Positions 25,380 through 38,383 of a DNA stretch of 42,750 nt are shown here, piece by piece. The notes beneath the pieces are model-generated. The model did no database searches and had not been told where the DNA came from. It worked only from the letters and a program-made list of their open reading frames with translations. Source of the stretch: Catajapyx aquilonaris. Taxonomy: Eukaryota. Both the position numbers and the translations under genes were made by a program. Every line of letters starts with the position of its first letter. Positions within the stretch are counted from its first letter, which is position 1. Location of the stretch: positions 62,001 to 104,750 of the forward strand of contig KZ538197.1 in NCBI GenBank assembly GCA_000934665.2, written 5' to 3'.

Positions 25380-27106
25380 ATTTACAATGCTAATGAAGTG
25401 CACCTGCAAGAATAAACAACACCTCTGTGAGCTGCTGCCACATAAACAGCAGTGTCATCGTCCCGTCAGTCACTTAGACAACAAACCCAGTGCTTGTTGC
25501 ATCACTAGCCATCAAAGTGACCCACCCGGTGCCAGAACTTTCACCGTAGAGATGTAGCAGCTCATATCTGGAAACACTCCTTTCCAGCGGGACGCGCCAT
25601 CTTGATGTTATCATATTAATAGAGAAGACTCAAGCGGTTATATTTTAGGGCTGGACACTTCTGGATGATGAAAGGTGACGGCTGGACTTATACATGTACA
25701 CAACGTGTGGAGAGGTAGTTACACCCAGTCTCCTAGTGAGCATACGAATTATAATCTAACGTTTTAAATATTTTCTAGTGATGACATACAAACTGGCGGT
25801 GTTTGACTTACTCACACAAATGTTGTATAAAGAGGAAGACGTAGCCTGTATGACTGTCAATAGGCTACTTGATGAGTCGCAGATTTCATCGTGATGTAAA
25901 AGTCTGCCTCGGCCACTCCATTGTCATCCTCTTTGCTAGTCATGACAGGACTGCACACTGTACAGCCCCAAGCATAGTATAGTGAAGTAGATTGCTTATG
26001 CATGCTGGTATACTGTATAAGTGGGTTGGTTACAGGGTGAAGTGGCAGTAGACTAATGTAGGCTATAAAACAAATGCAATGTGTAATCACGGGTTTCAAA
26101 AAAATGCGGCGGGCTAGTTGTACTTTGACACATAAATTGGCGTACCTCTGAAATAAATGTCAGAACAGAGTAGGCTGTACACTTTTTACCCTTTGATCTT
26201 CGCCACATCGGCCACTTCGGCAAAGAAGGGATAGTACAGTATCTAGTGAAGACGAGCTGTGACCTATAAAAAATACTAGAACCTAAATCAAATGAAAACC
26301 TGAAATTCTGAACCATCAGAGTCGTATTGGCATGAACTCAAGATACGACTTGTCGATGTTTGAACATTTCATTTATATTCCTTACTTTGGGTCTACCGGG
26401 GTAAACAGCAAAAAAACACAAAAAACACAAAAAAACACCTTACTTTCCAATCCTTCTTAAATGGACGAGAAATACAGCAGAAAACTGATCTGACCGTCAG
26501 AAAGTACCCGTCAAGCCCCTACAACCCCAAATATGACTCGAATCGTCCTGAATTTCAGGTCTTCAAATCAATCAGGAAAGACAACAATATTTATAGCCTA
26601 CCTAAAACAGTAAGACTGTAACTGTACGTTAGCCTTCATATTCGAAGAATGTGGTTGTCCTCAGCCAGTACACTACAACCCGCACTCAATCAAACAAGCA
26701 ATCCACACATCTCCAAATGATATATGTGCTCAATAAGTATTCATATAAAACCTGCTACTTTTTGCACCTTTCGAGCCGCTTTACCGCTCCTATCAGCCCA
26801 CCATCCCAAATCCAAGGAGGCGCATTACTTGTGCCTATTGGAGGCTGCAGTTAGCAATAAATAATAAAAGGAGGCGAAAGATGGGGAGGATGAGGAGGAA
26901 GGTTGCTGACCCTCAGATGGCTGGCTGGCTGGCATGAGGAGCAGAAGCAAGGCAGGCAGGCAGGCGCGGCTTGGGAAGGAATCCTGTCCGTCGGCTGGAC
27001 CGGCTGCTAGTCAGAGCCCAGAGGCTTCTTTTCTATCCAGCCCAGCCTGCCCCAGGGAAAGGGATGAGAGAGAGGGTGGTTGGTTGGATAGGTGGGGGAG
27101 ACACCA

Positions 27107-27148
27107 AGAGAGAGAGAGAGAGANAGGGGGGGGGGGGGGGGGGGGGGG
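27107..27148. repeat. (GA)n plus poly-G tract with an ambiguous base
   Basis: Direct reading; N at 27124 suggests local assembly uncertainty. Confidence 0.9.
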
Positions 27149-27440
27149 TCAGGGAGAAAAACCTAGCCTGCTGCCAGCCTCCCACAAACGAGTCTTTCGC
27201 CCAACTTTTGGCCACTGAGAATGGCGGGCCTCCATGGGGATACTGGCCCCGTAGGGATACTCTTTTTCAAACCCTCAGCCACTTCTGTCTGTCACAGGGG
27301 CTTATCCGCTTATTGTTATCACCCGCCACAGTTGGGAAAGGTTTTTTCCGCCCCTTCCTGGGTGCAATTCAGAATATTCGCATATTAAAGAGTGAAGTTC
27401 GGTTTTTGGGGACCTTTGCAACTTTTCCAATATAATTAAT

Positions 27441-27474
27441 AATAATAATTATAATTGCAATTATAATTATTATT
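27441..27474. repeat. Perfect 34-bp AT-rich palindrome
   Basis: AATAATAATTATAATTGCAATTATAATTATTATT equals its own reverse complement. Confidence 0.85.
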
Positions 27475-27659
27475 CCAAGGTAAAGTATACGTATATTTAA
27501 AAGTGTTCTGATAGTTGCATAGTGTCAGGATACATATGGCCGAAACATTCCTTGACAGATGCTCTATTAGCTGCGGTGCGAATACTATGTGTTATATCAT
27601 GTGGCACTGCTGGATATTCTAATCAACTTTTTTTTAAAAAAACACTGCAGTGGTAGGCT

Positions 27660-27740
27660 ATTGGGCCCAAATGCACGCTCCGGGATTCGAACCAGGACCT
27701 TCCCAAGTGGTGAATGGAGTGTTTTGTCCTCTGATTTGCA
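27660..27740 (-). mobile_element. Degenerate tRNA-like SINE head
   Basis: Minus strand reads GGAAGGTCCTGGTTCGAATCCCG (perfect B-box in a context like the two intact SINEs); A-box, tail and TSD not recognisable. Confidence 0.4.
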
Positions 27741-30700
27741 ATTGAATGGTCTGTATGGCGGAAAAAGTGGGCGAGTGTGGTGCAGTACAAAAAAAAACAA
27801 AAGACCGTCCCAATTGGATCTGGGTTAGACTGTGGTCCCGGGAGCACCAAATCCGCTGTCAATTTCCTGCATCGCTGCTACATAGTCCCCTGGAGGCCAC
27901 CCGTATGGCGCTTCGAACCCCTCACCCTGATGCCTGCGCGGGCCATTCACACTCCTGCCTTCCCAATGCATCCTGATCACCACAAACTCGTAAAAAATAA
28001 ATGATTGCACCAGTACAATAGTATTCTAACATACATTGAAGAAAACAAAGTCAAATCATGCCTGACGACAATATTATTCTCATCAATTCTCATGTATTAG
28101 TACGCATCTGAAAGTAGTGAAATTCATCTACGGAACTATAGCTTCTGACCATTCTATCGTGAGCATTTTTGGCAGGGCTGAATGCGCATCTGAAAATTGA
28201 TCTCTGGCTGAACCCTATGAGCAAGCAGGAGAGTACTTGAGTGAAATGTGAATCAGAGTCACGGCCTGTGTCCACTGTTCGACCCATGGTTAATAAAAAA
28301 GGGTGGAAGTGTCTGGGGAGTCCCTTTGTGTCCCCGGGCGCTTAACAATGCGGTGAAACTGATCGGGAGATAATTAGGGCAGGAACACCCCCCTTCTTCC
28401 GTCCTCCCTCCCCTCCTCTTTATGGCACGCTCTGGCCGTTAAGCACCGGTATGGCCCCTGTGGCAGGTGCCACCTCTGTTCATGCTCTTACTTCACATTA
28501 TGTCTTCATCAGGCCAACCGAAGTCGCGCTGTTACAATAGCTTGCGGGCTGAGACCTAGAATATCCTGTGGATGTATGGGCTAAAACTAAAATATCGAAA
28601 AATGTACTGATTTACATGATATTAAATTGTTCTGCAGAAATATTTCCGCGCAAGTCACATTGACACTTACACATCCTTACCACTAAAAGTGAAGGCTAGT
28701 TCTTCCTGCTGAAAAAAGCAGGTGAAAGAGCTCTGTTGCACCTGTGACAGGAACGTGCAAGTGCAGGGTCACGGTCAATCCTGAGGAGTCGGCATGTGTT
28801 TGAGATCTCATCATGTCCCATTCATTGATTGTTATAGTGTGATGCTGATGGTGAGAATGGGCGTCCGCCTGTCAATGGCTCAGCACGTGCGACCTTTTTC
28901 CACGGGATTAGGAGCCGCATGCGGGGGCCAAGCTCCAGCCAGCCAGACCCAAAACTTTTTATCAGCATATCAGGTTGACTTTGTGCTCAGATTATTTCGC
29001 ACCATTTGTCTGCCTGATCCACACGATAATATTTATTATCTGGAGAGCTTCAGACGATAATCGGCTGATAATGGATTTAGAGTTTATCACATGACAATTG
29101 TAATACCTTTCTTTATGTGCCTGACTCTCATAAGGCTGGAATTAGTTTAAAACTCGGTCCAGTAAATATTGGTACGAGGTCCTTGTTATAGACATTTTAC
29201 TGCGTTGAAATGTGGGCAAGTCACCATCCTGCAGAAGGATTTGGAAGTTGAAATAGTTCGCTTAGGTTTTCTTCAGCTCACAATTAGCTTCAGGCTTCTT
29301 TGAAGTTCAGTTTTACTCTACACGGCTGCCTGATTTACAACGCACGCTTCGGGTAGACTTTGTATATGTAAAAAAAAGTTGCATGCATTAACCCCGAATT
29401 GAAGGAAAACTCCACTGTACAATGCAAAGCTGATCCATCCTCGCGTTTTAGTCTCTTGGAAATCCGGCTAGCTGGCTGGCAAAAATGAGCAAAAACCGCA
29501 TCCGCCCATCCATGTAGGAATATGAATAAACCTGCCCACGGAATATTAGGAAACACGGAGTTTCTCAAACAGGACAGGCCGGTTAAAAATGTGGTTTAGC
29601 CTATTTATTGGTCTCACGGATGCTTCACCTCACACAAGCAAGGCTTCCTTCACACGCAAACTCGCGAGCAATAACCTACTCTTTCTTCTTTCATGTCACC
29701 CTCCGCTCTTATATATCCTAGACCCCTTGCCTTCCTCTCATTATCCCGCAGTTCATGTACACCATAATGCGATCACTAACAGTTACACTCGTGATTTTTG
29801 CCAAGAGTTGTTATATACAGAACGATTTAAAGTGTGGAATCCGTTGTAACTTGAGCACCCACTGTAATAACATGGAAGCCTAATAATAATCATTTCCTAG
29901 CCAATCGCCTGGGAATTAGATGGTCACAAAAAAAGAGATACAACCGTGTGATCCTAACTCCTTGAAGGTCTTCCAAATAACCATGGTGTTACATGGATTG
30001 TCCAAAGTTTCGTTTTAATCATTTGTAACAGCTCCGTCCCGAGAACAGGCAGGGGGATAAAAAATGGGCAATTGCAGCTACATGACCTGATCTAATGGGC
30101 TGTTTCTATAGGGTTCTCATCCCGCCCATCTTGGGCTTCTTCAGCTCCTTTTCCCCCTCAAATAACCTCCTTCCAACTGCTGTTGCCAGATCGGCCAAGA
30201 TGGCAGCACCACCATTTTGGTCAGGGCTAATGATTATTATTTATGTGCTCTGTTGGAAATCCGGCTACTCTACTAGGCCCGGCAAAAGACGCTGATAACT
30301 TGGGTCCACGGTCTCCCATTTTTCTCGGCGCATTGCACACCTGCAATCCTTGGTAAATTTACTGTCTCTCTTCACGCACACACGTCCACGCTTTTCTCCC
30401 ACTCCAATTACCATCTTCTTGCGGGTTGAAAAGTTGAAATATTGACTCGGAGGGGCATGGACATCAGCGGGATATTCTACAGGGGATCTCACCTTTCCAC
30501 CTGAATTATATCTTCGGAAGCAGCAAACCCGTCCAAGTAAATGGTGCTCAGAAACATTGGTGCGACCTACTAGAATTTTTTTACGCTTTGCAATATGGAA
30601 AAAGTTAGCACATACAACATCTTGAGGCAGCTACATAGTTGTGTCTTTCAGGTCGTGTGAGTGTCTTTCATTTTTGTTGTTTTCATGGAAATTAATGTAA

Positions 30701-33700
30701 AAATCTCAGATATGTGCAGATATATTCACAATACACAGATATCTTCCCTTAATTTGAGTTAATCAACTAGCCCAAATTTCAAGAACAAATTCAGTTCAGA
30801 CCGTGATATACATCAGTACATTCATAAGTACCGGCTACAACAAGTGGTATGCTACAGGATCAACTAAAATGATGGCACGCGACTAAATCAGACAAAAATT
30901 GAGAAAACATTGGTAGCTACTTTTTCGAAAATGTATTCATATTGTCATGTTGTCCACAGTTAGATTACCTAAACAGATGTCGTGACATCCATTTACCCAA
31001 ATATGTAGACCTTCAAGTATACCATCTCATTTACCAACTGACTACCCTGGAAAATGAGCAGAAGCCAAACCGGGCAACAACGCAAACACGTAGCCGCCAC
31101 GAACCCCCCTGTGAAAAATAAAAAAAGCTATAAAAAAATTTAAAAAATGCCCCAAGGCTCCTTTTCTACCTCTCTTCAAACTAAATGGGAATTTAGCTGG
31201 GGGAGCCATAATTGCAGGTTGCAGCCAGCTAATGTCAGGGATTTTTAATGAACGCTTTTCCTAAAGCATGCTGGGGCTGAGAGAGATCGAGGCTTCCCCC
31301 CCTCTCACCCAACCATCACCCCGTTCCTCCAACCCCCCTTTCTTCCCTGTTTTTCATGGCTGGCTCCGACCACCGTTCGAGACAATGAAGACGTCATTAG
31401 GCCTTTAAATTAGTGCCATTTGCCAGTATCATTTGGGGCTTTTTCAGGCCCACCCCCATCGGCGATTTGCATGCATCTTCATTCTCATCAGTAACCGTTT
31501 AGTAGCCTAATCCAATTAAGGACATTTTTTGTGACTATTAGTTTTAAAAAGTTTTTTGTGGGGTCCAGGACTGTTACAATGTCATTTTAAGCTGAGTGGG
31601 TCCTCCTTTCAGTTATTAGATTTTGTTTGATAGCGCATTTACATTTTTTGCTTTTTAGCGGGCTGAGACGCTCTTTTCGGAGGGTAGTATTCTAACTATA
31701 GTCTACAAGCCTATATTACTTTGATGTTATGTGCTTTACTATAGCTGTTGGAACATTCAACTCGAAGTCTTTCATTGCAGAAATTCCTGTAATTAGTGAG
31801 CTATAAAATTATTATTAACTAATGTGAACTTGTTAACTTTATATGTTAGGTTCAACATATGTTTTGACAGCGCACATCGCTAGGTTTTTTGTTGTTAATT
31901 AGTAGTTATTAGTAGCCTATATTTTCAGTGAATTAATTTTTAATTTCAAATATAAAAAATGAAATGTACCCGATGTGGCATTGTTATGAATAGCATTAGT
32001 GAGATTCATGCTCACATTTTTCTTCTATTTTGCAATATTTGCTACTAACTTATACCGCGTTTCACTGTTGGCTGAAAAATTTGTTACATCATATGGATAT
32101 CCGCTTGAGTTAGCTATTTTTTTTTTCTCTGAGCAGCTAATTTGGAAGCAGTTATTTTGGAGAATTGACATTTAGTGGTTATCAAAAGAATACCATTATT
32201 CTTTGCTAATATTAGGGCGAATTGAATCAACTCTCTCTATTTATATACAGTAGCCTACTATTTATCAGAAAACTCATGGTAAATATTATACTTCGCCAAT
32301 GCAACATACACGTATTGATTTACCTGCATCGACCATCATTTTCCATCAATTTCTTCTGTTATTTCAGGATGCTTGAATTTATATATTGCTCATTATTGTG
32401 TATGAGCAGCTTTTTCTGCAATCTTTATAATGTTTAAGGTTATAATGTCAGTATAATGTACACGAAATTAGAATCGATTCTGAATCCTGCTGATGGTCAT
32501 TACACCGATAAGCTCTATTTTTACTCGCACGTGATATTGAGTTAATCAGAGCAGAAAAACAAGAAAGAAGTCTGTGGGAAAATATCCGGGCGAAAAAGTA
32601 TGAAAATGAGCGGCAGAATAAGAAAAAGAGGTCCAGTGGTGCCTGCTGGAAAACCATGCGAGCAGGGGTCTGGTCTTGTCCTAATAACCAGATCCTCTAA
32701 AATCACTGGAATTATCTCCCCCAGCTTCATTTCGGCCCCTCTATTCATTTATTCATTCTTGGGAGACCCCCTACCCAACCATCATGCCGCCATCCCTCCT
32801 CCTCCTCCTCTTCCCCTCTCCCATCTCTTCCTCTCTAGGGGCGGCTCACTTACAACTTGTCAAACATGGCCTCCTCAGCAGCCTGTCAGTATGTAACGGC
32901 CTACTCTCAAATGTGGCGACCCTCTGGCTATTCACTTACAAAATCATTCAGAACTTATTGATTAATTATTGTTTTTTAAAGCTTGCCACTGTGTTCTATT
33001 GTAAAATATGCAAACACTGGGTTTTTTGTGAACTTTTCTTACTTCCTGTTTCTTAACTTAGTCATTTTCTTTAATTATTAAATTTACTAATTTTTGTCAA
33101 CTGTGTTGAGGTGGTATATTTATAATATGTACTGCTGCGAGCATAATGAGGGAGACGGACATGATGTGTCTGACCTAATACAATTTTATGTGATAGAGTT
33201 AACTTCTTTTCCATATGTAGACCTATATTTTACTTTGTCGCTAAGATTATTATTATTGTGTAAATATTAATTGCAGCCTTTCATGATTGTTCAAAGTTTT
33301 AAGCCGAATATTTTCAAATATAATCATAATCGCGTATTATGCAGGTTGGTTTACTCCCAAGCCCAGAGTGCAATAAAAGATGCTATGGATTCTTTACTGC
33401 ATTATGAGACACAACCCGCTGGAAGCAACAGATTGTGGCGATTGTTCTGCTCTTTAACATGATTGCTGGAGTAAACTATCCACAACTTCTTTATGTACCC
33501 TCCTGAGGGACTGAAGACTTGGGCAATGCACCACCCTGCGTAATTTTAGTGTAGACAATAACTGCACACATTGCGTTGCTCCAGTATCTGTACGAGATGA
33601 CTTAGATGAAAAGAAATTGAAGATTGAATATTTTAATATTGGGTTTTCATTATTCAGGCCCCTAAACCAGGCCAGACGGGTTTCTTAACCAATCCTGGTC

Positions 33701-34295
33701 CTGCTCTTCCAAGAAATGAAGACTGACAGTGTATACAAACCTGATTTTTGAAAAGTCAGCAATAGGTTATAGCCTACATTAATGTTCGCATATTTCGATA
33801 TCATGTCAGATATCTTTCAATGAGCATAATCCCATGCAATGGTTGTATGAGGCCCGGCTGGTTCGCCAGCGACGGTACTCTCTTCCTCGAGCGGTCCTCG
33901 GACCTGACTCGCATTTCTTGGTTGGACGGGGTGCTTGGGAGAATATCCCACCCCCGTCCCTGGGTTGGACCCGGCATTGCAGTACAGCCGGGACCAGCCC
34001 TCCTCTCCCCCACCCTTCTCACCCACCCCTACCTTGCAATCCCACACCTTCCTCTCCTACCCCCGGCTGCCAAGGCTCGACTCAGACAGAGCCATACAAG
34101 CTGGGTAACCCTTCCTACCAACCAACCAACCAACCAATACACACGAGTATGGCATGGATGATATGGCAGAGTGATTATGCTAATAACGTCACAACGATGT
34201 CAGACTGAATCGTCGCATTTATTGTGAGTACATTTTATGAAACTAAATAATGTGGAAACTGAGTAGAACGTAAAATGGCGTGACAAGTAGTACTA

Positions 34296-35418
34296 CCGTA
34301 TTACCTCACTTAAAGCGTCATGCCAGTATAAAACGAGGTCGACCAGCATGCCGGTATAACCCGGGGGTGGCCGGCATCCCGCAATAACCGAGGTAGATTT
34401 CCATCATTTTGATCCTTGACAAATTTTGTTGAATGCATCTGGTCTTGTACTAAAATAATGTTACTGTAAAAAATGTGCCAGTGCAGGCCTACATGGCTGT
34501 GAGAATATGCACAAGTTCGTCTATTGCACATGGCATAGAGTGTGACCAATCACATATTCAGTCTGCTCTGAAAGGGGAACCCCCCTAAACATTACAAAGG
34601 TTCAAGGCAAATTCCTTCAGTCCTTCGTTTTGCTCAATAGTTCGCTGGTCACAGATCTCGTTGGAAATCGGAGGATCACTTTGGGAAGTGGTATCAATTT
34701 GTCTGAGAAGCCTCGTTACTCAGATAATAAAATCAAAACCCAACGCAGCCCACGGACACTTATACTACGTTCTGGCGTTATCACCTGCCGAGGCATTTTG
34801 CAGCGGGTGCTCACCTGAGACCGCCAGGAGACATTTAGGAGGCCACAATAAGTGGCGACCCTACCGGATTAGGCTGAACTTTATAGGTACGAAAGGGGAA
34901 GGCTACATGTTGGGCCCCTCAATGTAGCCCTCCCCTTTCGTACCTATAAAGTTCAGCCTAATCCGGTAGGGTCGCCACTTATCGTGGCCTCCTAAATGTC
35001 TCCTGGCGGTCTCAGGTGAGCACCCGCTGCAAAACTCCTCGGCAGGGGGTGGGTGGGAGTGACCAGACCTTACTTATATGACCGTGACCCAACGTATGAG
35101 ATATCCTGGTACATATGCTTCCCTTCTTGCAGCCTTGCCCTTTTACTTTAAAATATTGCTGTGAAATTAGAACTTATCGATCTTATGGGATGTGTGATGT
35201 GTCAGGCAATGGAAGTGTCCTGGGCTGTAATCACACCTTAGAACATGGTGTAATGCATTCATTTGAGTAATAATAATTTTCATAGAAATCGTGATAATGC
35301 TGTGCTTAAGAATACCTCGCCTAGACCGGCATGCCGGTATAGTCACCAGATTGTGCATTGATATAAAAACTGGTCGACCTCAACTACACCGGCATGCCGC
35401 TTTAAGTGAGGTAATACG
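34296..35418. mobile_element. TA-flanked non-autonomous pogo/Tigger-like element (about 1.12 kb)
   Basis: TIR CGTATTACCTCACTTAAAGCG(T/G)CATGCC(A/G)GT...GAGGTCGACCAG at both ends (about 50 bp); subterminal GCATGCCGGT repeats; TA at 34294-95 and 35419-20. Confidence 0.85.
34784..35046. repeat. 263-bp near-perfect palindrome (foldback)
   Basis: Arms 34784-34908 and 34922-35046 (125 bp each) are reverse complements with 4 mismatches; 13-nt centre contains GGGCCC. Confidence 0.97.
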
Positions 35419-37679
35419 TAATAAGTTGGAACATGGCAATGATCATTTTCCCAAGTTGAATGGCGGACTAAAACAATAAAATAATGTCATATAATCTTTC
35501 ACCAATTATAATTATTATTGGTAATGTTTTTTTCGCTATCCACGTTATTTTTCATCACTTTTCACATTATAATCACAACTCCCTCACTTGACAGCTTGTA
35601 CTGTACTCTCATAACAGAAAAGGGTGCCAAAATGCTTCTACGTGTGGAAAGTACCGTATTACACCTTTTGATACGAGAAGGACACAAAATGCGAGGTATA
35701 TAGGAGATGGCGGTGAGACTCCTGCAAACTGTCGGGAAAAGAATGCTTGTGTTGCATGTGTTTGGCCATGTTGATCAGGCAGCGATCGGGGGTGATCCCA
35801 GCCAGGACAGCTCACTTGATGGATCATTGACTGATGGACAACCGGCGATGAGGCGTGAAGGGAGGTGAATGGGCAAGGGGAGGACTCCAACACTGGATTC
35901 TCCTGTAGAGTCCCAAACCGCAATCTTTTGTTCACTCTTGACATGGACACTTGTGAAATGCCGCCGGATATCTGTTTCCAATTACTCGTTTCAGGGTTCT
36001 TCCAATTAATTCAGTCACTCGGAACAATCTGCATGCTCCGCATTTTTCACTTGGCGTAAAAGGAGCCGATTTCTTCTACCATCCTGACTTCAATTTACCG
36101 ATATATTTTATCTACATATCGGGGATGAGATCGGGAAAATATGATTGGGGAAGGAATAACGCAGGAATTTACACTCTATATGCTTGTAAATGGGAGCCGA
36201 TGCATTGCATTCCAAAAATGTGGGCCCAATTTAATCTGAAAGTCATAAATTATACTAATGAGATGGACGCAGTGTCGTCTGGACAATGCTCAAATAGAAT
36301 ACTAATCTGCTTAAGTGAATTTTAAGAGTTTTGTGATGAAATTCAAGCACCGGGGTTGCTCCTTGATAAACTTTACTGTGCTCGTAAATATACCGCATGC
36401 GGATATATACTCTGAGCTATTATTGTTTAGTCATGTCACTACAACTGCATAAGCACCGTTTCTCTTTTGCACCTAAACCTTTTTATGTGAAGAAATCTGG
36501 TTCTGCCAACTCTTTACGAACTTTTCATTAATTAGTCAACGCTTCTAATGAAGATTGATGATTCCGTTTCTCTTTATAGCTCACGTTTCCATGTTCACTC
36601 GACGATAAAATTCAACGTTCTAAATAATATAATGGTTACGTTATGCGCCCTGGAATAAATCAGTTGAACTGCTCCGCTTAAGATTTCTTGTAATTTGGGA
36701 TCAGTTGACAACCATCAATCTGATCTGTGACCCGATGGGAACAGTGCAATATGTGGTGTGGGCCAATTTGTTAATGGCAGTGGATGAGACGGGGAAAGGG
36801 GGAGGGTTGGACACCATGGGAAATAAGCACGTGCTGCCCACGTGGCTCTTCACCTCGGAGCTTGACCCGTGACTCCTATAAGTCATTCGAAAAAGAGCGA
36901 CAGGTCATACATAAACCGATGGAGTTCATGAGATGATTGAGTTGTCGCCCTGATATTTCTGGCAATCAAAAGACATGGTGCGGACTATTTGTGGATTAGA
37001 AGTATCGCATTACACGGCGTGTCATGAGACAAAAATGATTCCAGGACTCGTTTCGGCAGCACTCTTGACTCCTTTTTTTCTGACACATATAAACCGGTAT
37101 CACAACTGGCAGCTGTAGTCTTCTGCTGGCTCGATCTTCCTTGCATGCTTTTATCTTGGATCACCAGGTCTTGAAAACCGTACCATCAAAATGAGTCATA
37201 AATGTGGGCTGGCGTGATGGCTATGTGGCAATAATTCCTCTCCCCACCCCCACCCCCCACCTACCTTTCTCATGGGCCTCCTGATGAGAAAGAGACAGGG
37301 TGTTATAATCAAAACGCACTTACGAGCCACTATTTGGATTAGCCTACACGTCTTGGCGCAACATTACTGCATGCAATGCAGGGTGGTTCACAAAGGTGTA
37401 AGGTATCATCACTATGAACCAAAAGTGTGTTACTTCTCCAGAAGTTATCCAGAATGGTAAAACTTTTTTTAACATGAGCCTCAGAATAGAATAATGTCAC
37501 TGAGTGGCGCCAGTAGGTATTTATACTGCATATGATGTCATTCAGGCCACATTTAAAGCAACGGAATTTGATAATTTCCATTTATAAGCAAAAAAAGTAA
37601 TAATAGAACTCATAATTTAATGCCGCTCCCGATTTTTAAAGAGGAAAACTATTTCTGCCATTAACACGATGTGGTCAAC

Positions 37680-37832
37680 CAAGGGGGTAACCACTTCGGT
37701 ACTCTGGTGTACACCTGCAAGTGGTACTCCCAGGTACTCCTTAGGTACCTTACTCTTTGGTGTACTCCTGGGTACTCCTTGAATTTGGTACTCCAGGTGT
37801 ACACTTTTCAGTCTAGTGGTGTTACCCCCTTG
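37680..37832. mobile_element. 153-bp MITE with 8-bp TSD (P-element- or hAT-type)
   Basis: Perfect 12-bp TIR CAAGGGGGTAAC/GTTACCCCCTTG; TSD TGGTCAAC at 37672-37679 and 37833-37840; interior made of GGTACTCC/GTGTACAC repeats. Confidence 0.88.
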
Positions 37833-37954
37833 TGGTCAACACTATACTTATGAAGTTGATAGGGCGTGATCTTAAAACTTCTCTGAAACTATTTAACTCA
37901 CAGATCCTTTCGGTTCTGTTATATACGGCGCGCGGCGTCCAGATCTGGGATATA

Positions 37955-38383
37955 CAGGGTGTATCTGAACTCAGTGCCCCGACGTATATGACTGCCTTCC
38001 TAGCCACCAGAGGATCGATTTAAGTATAGGAGTCATTATGTTTGGCCGCCGCATTACGGAGATAATTGGCTGCAAACATGTAGTACAAAAATTAATATCC
38101 TGTCGATTAGGCCACCCATCGAACCCTCCCCCAGTCAGAAGGCTCTGGAAGGTCTGGGGGCAGGACTTTGTTGGTTTGTTGCCCACAGGTGGTAAGGCCT
38201 CTTTCGCTAGTTACACCAGAAAATTCTATTTAAAAGTCAGAAGGAGCGATTAGGCAAAAATCGCTAAAGAGTGTATCTCAGTAATGAGGCTGCCCAGACA
38301 TATGACTCCTATACTTAAATCGATCCTCTGGTGGCTAGGAAGGCAGTCATATACATCAGGGCACTGAGTTCAGATACACCCTG
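37955..38383. mobile_element. Tc1/mariner-type MITE (429 bp), CAGGGTGTATC termini, long TIRs
   Basis: About 80 bp near-perfect and about 110 bp imperfect TIRs starting CAGGGTGTATCTGAACTCAGTGCCC; TATA on both flanks; inserted in the LINE remnant. Confidence 0.93.

Noticed and set aside
37695..37805. CRISPR-like array of GGTACTCC repeats
   Set aside because: Units are about 8 bp and irregularly spaced, lie inside TIRs with a TSD, and the context is eukaryotic with no cas genes.
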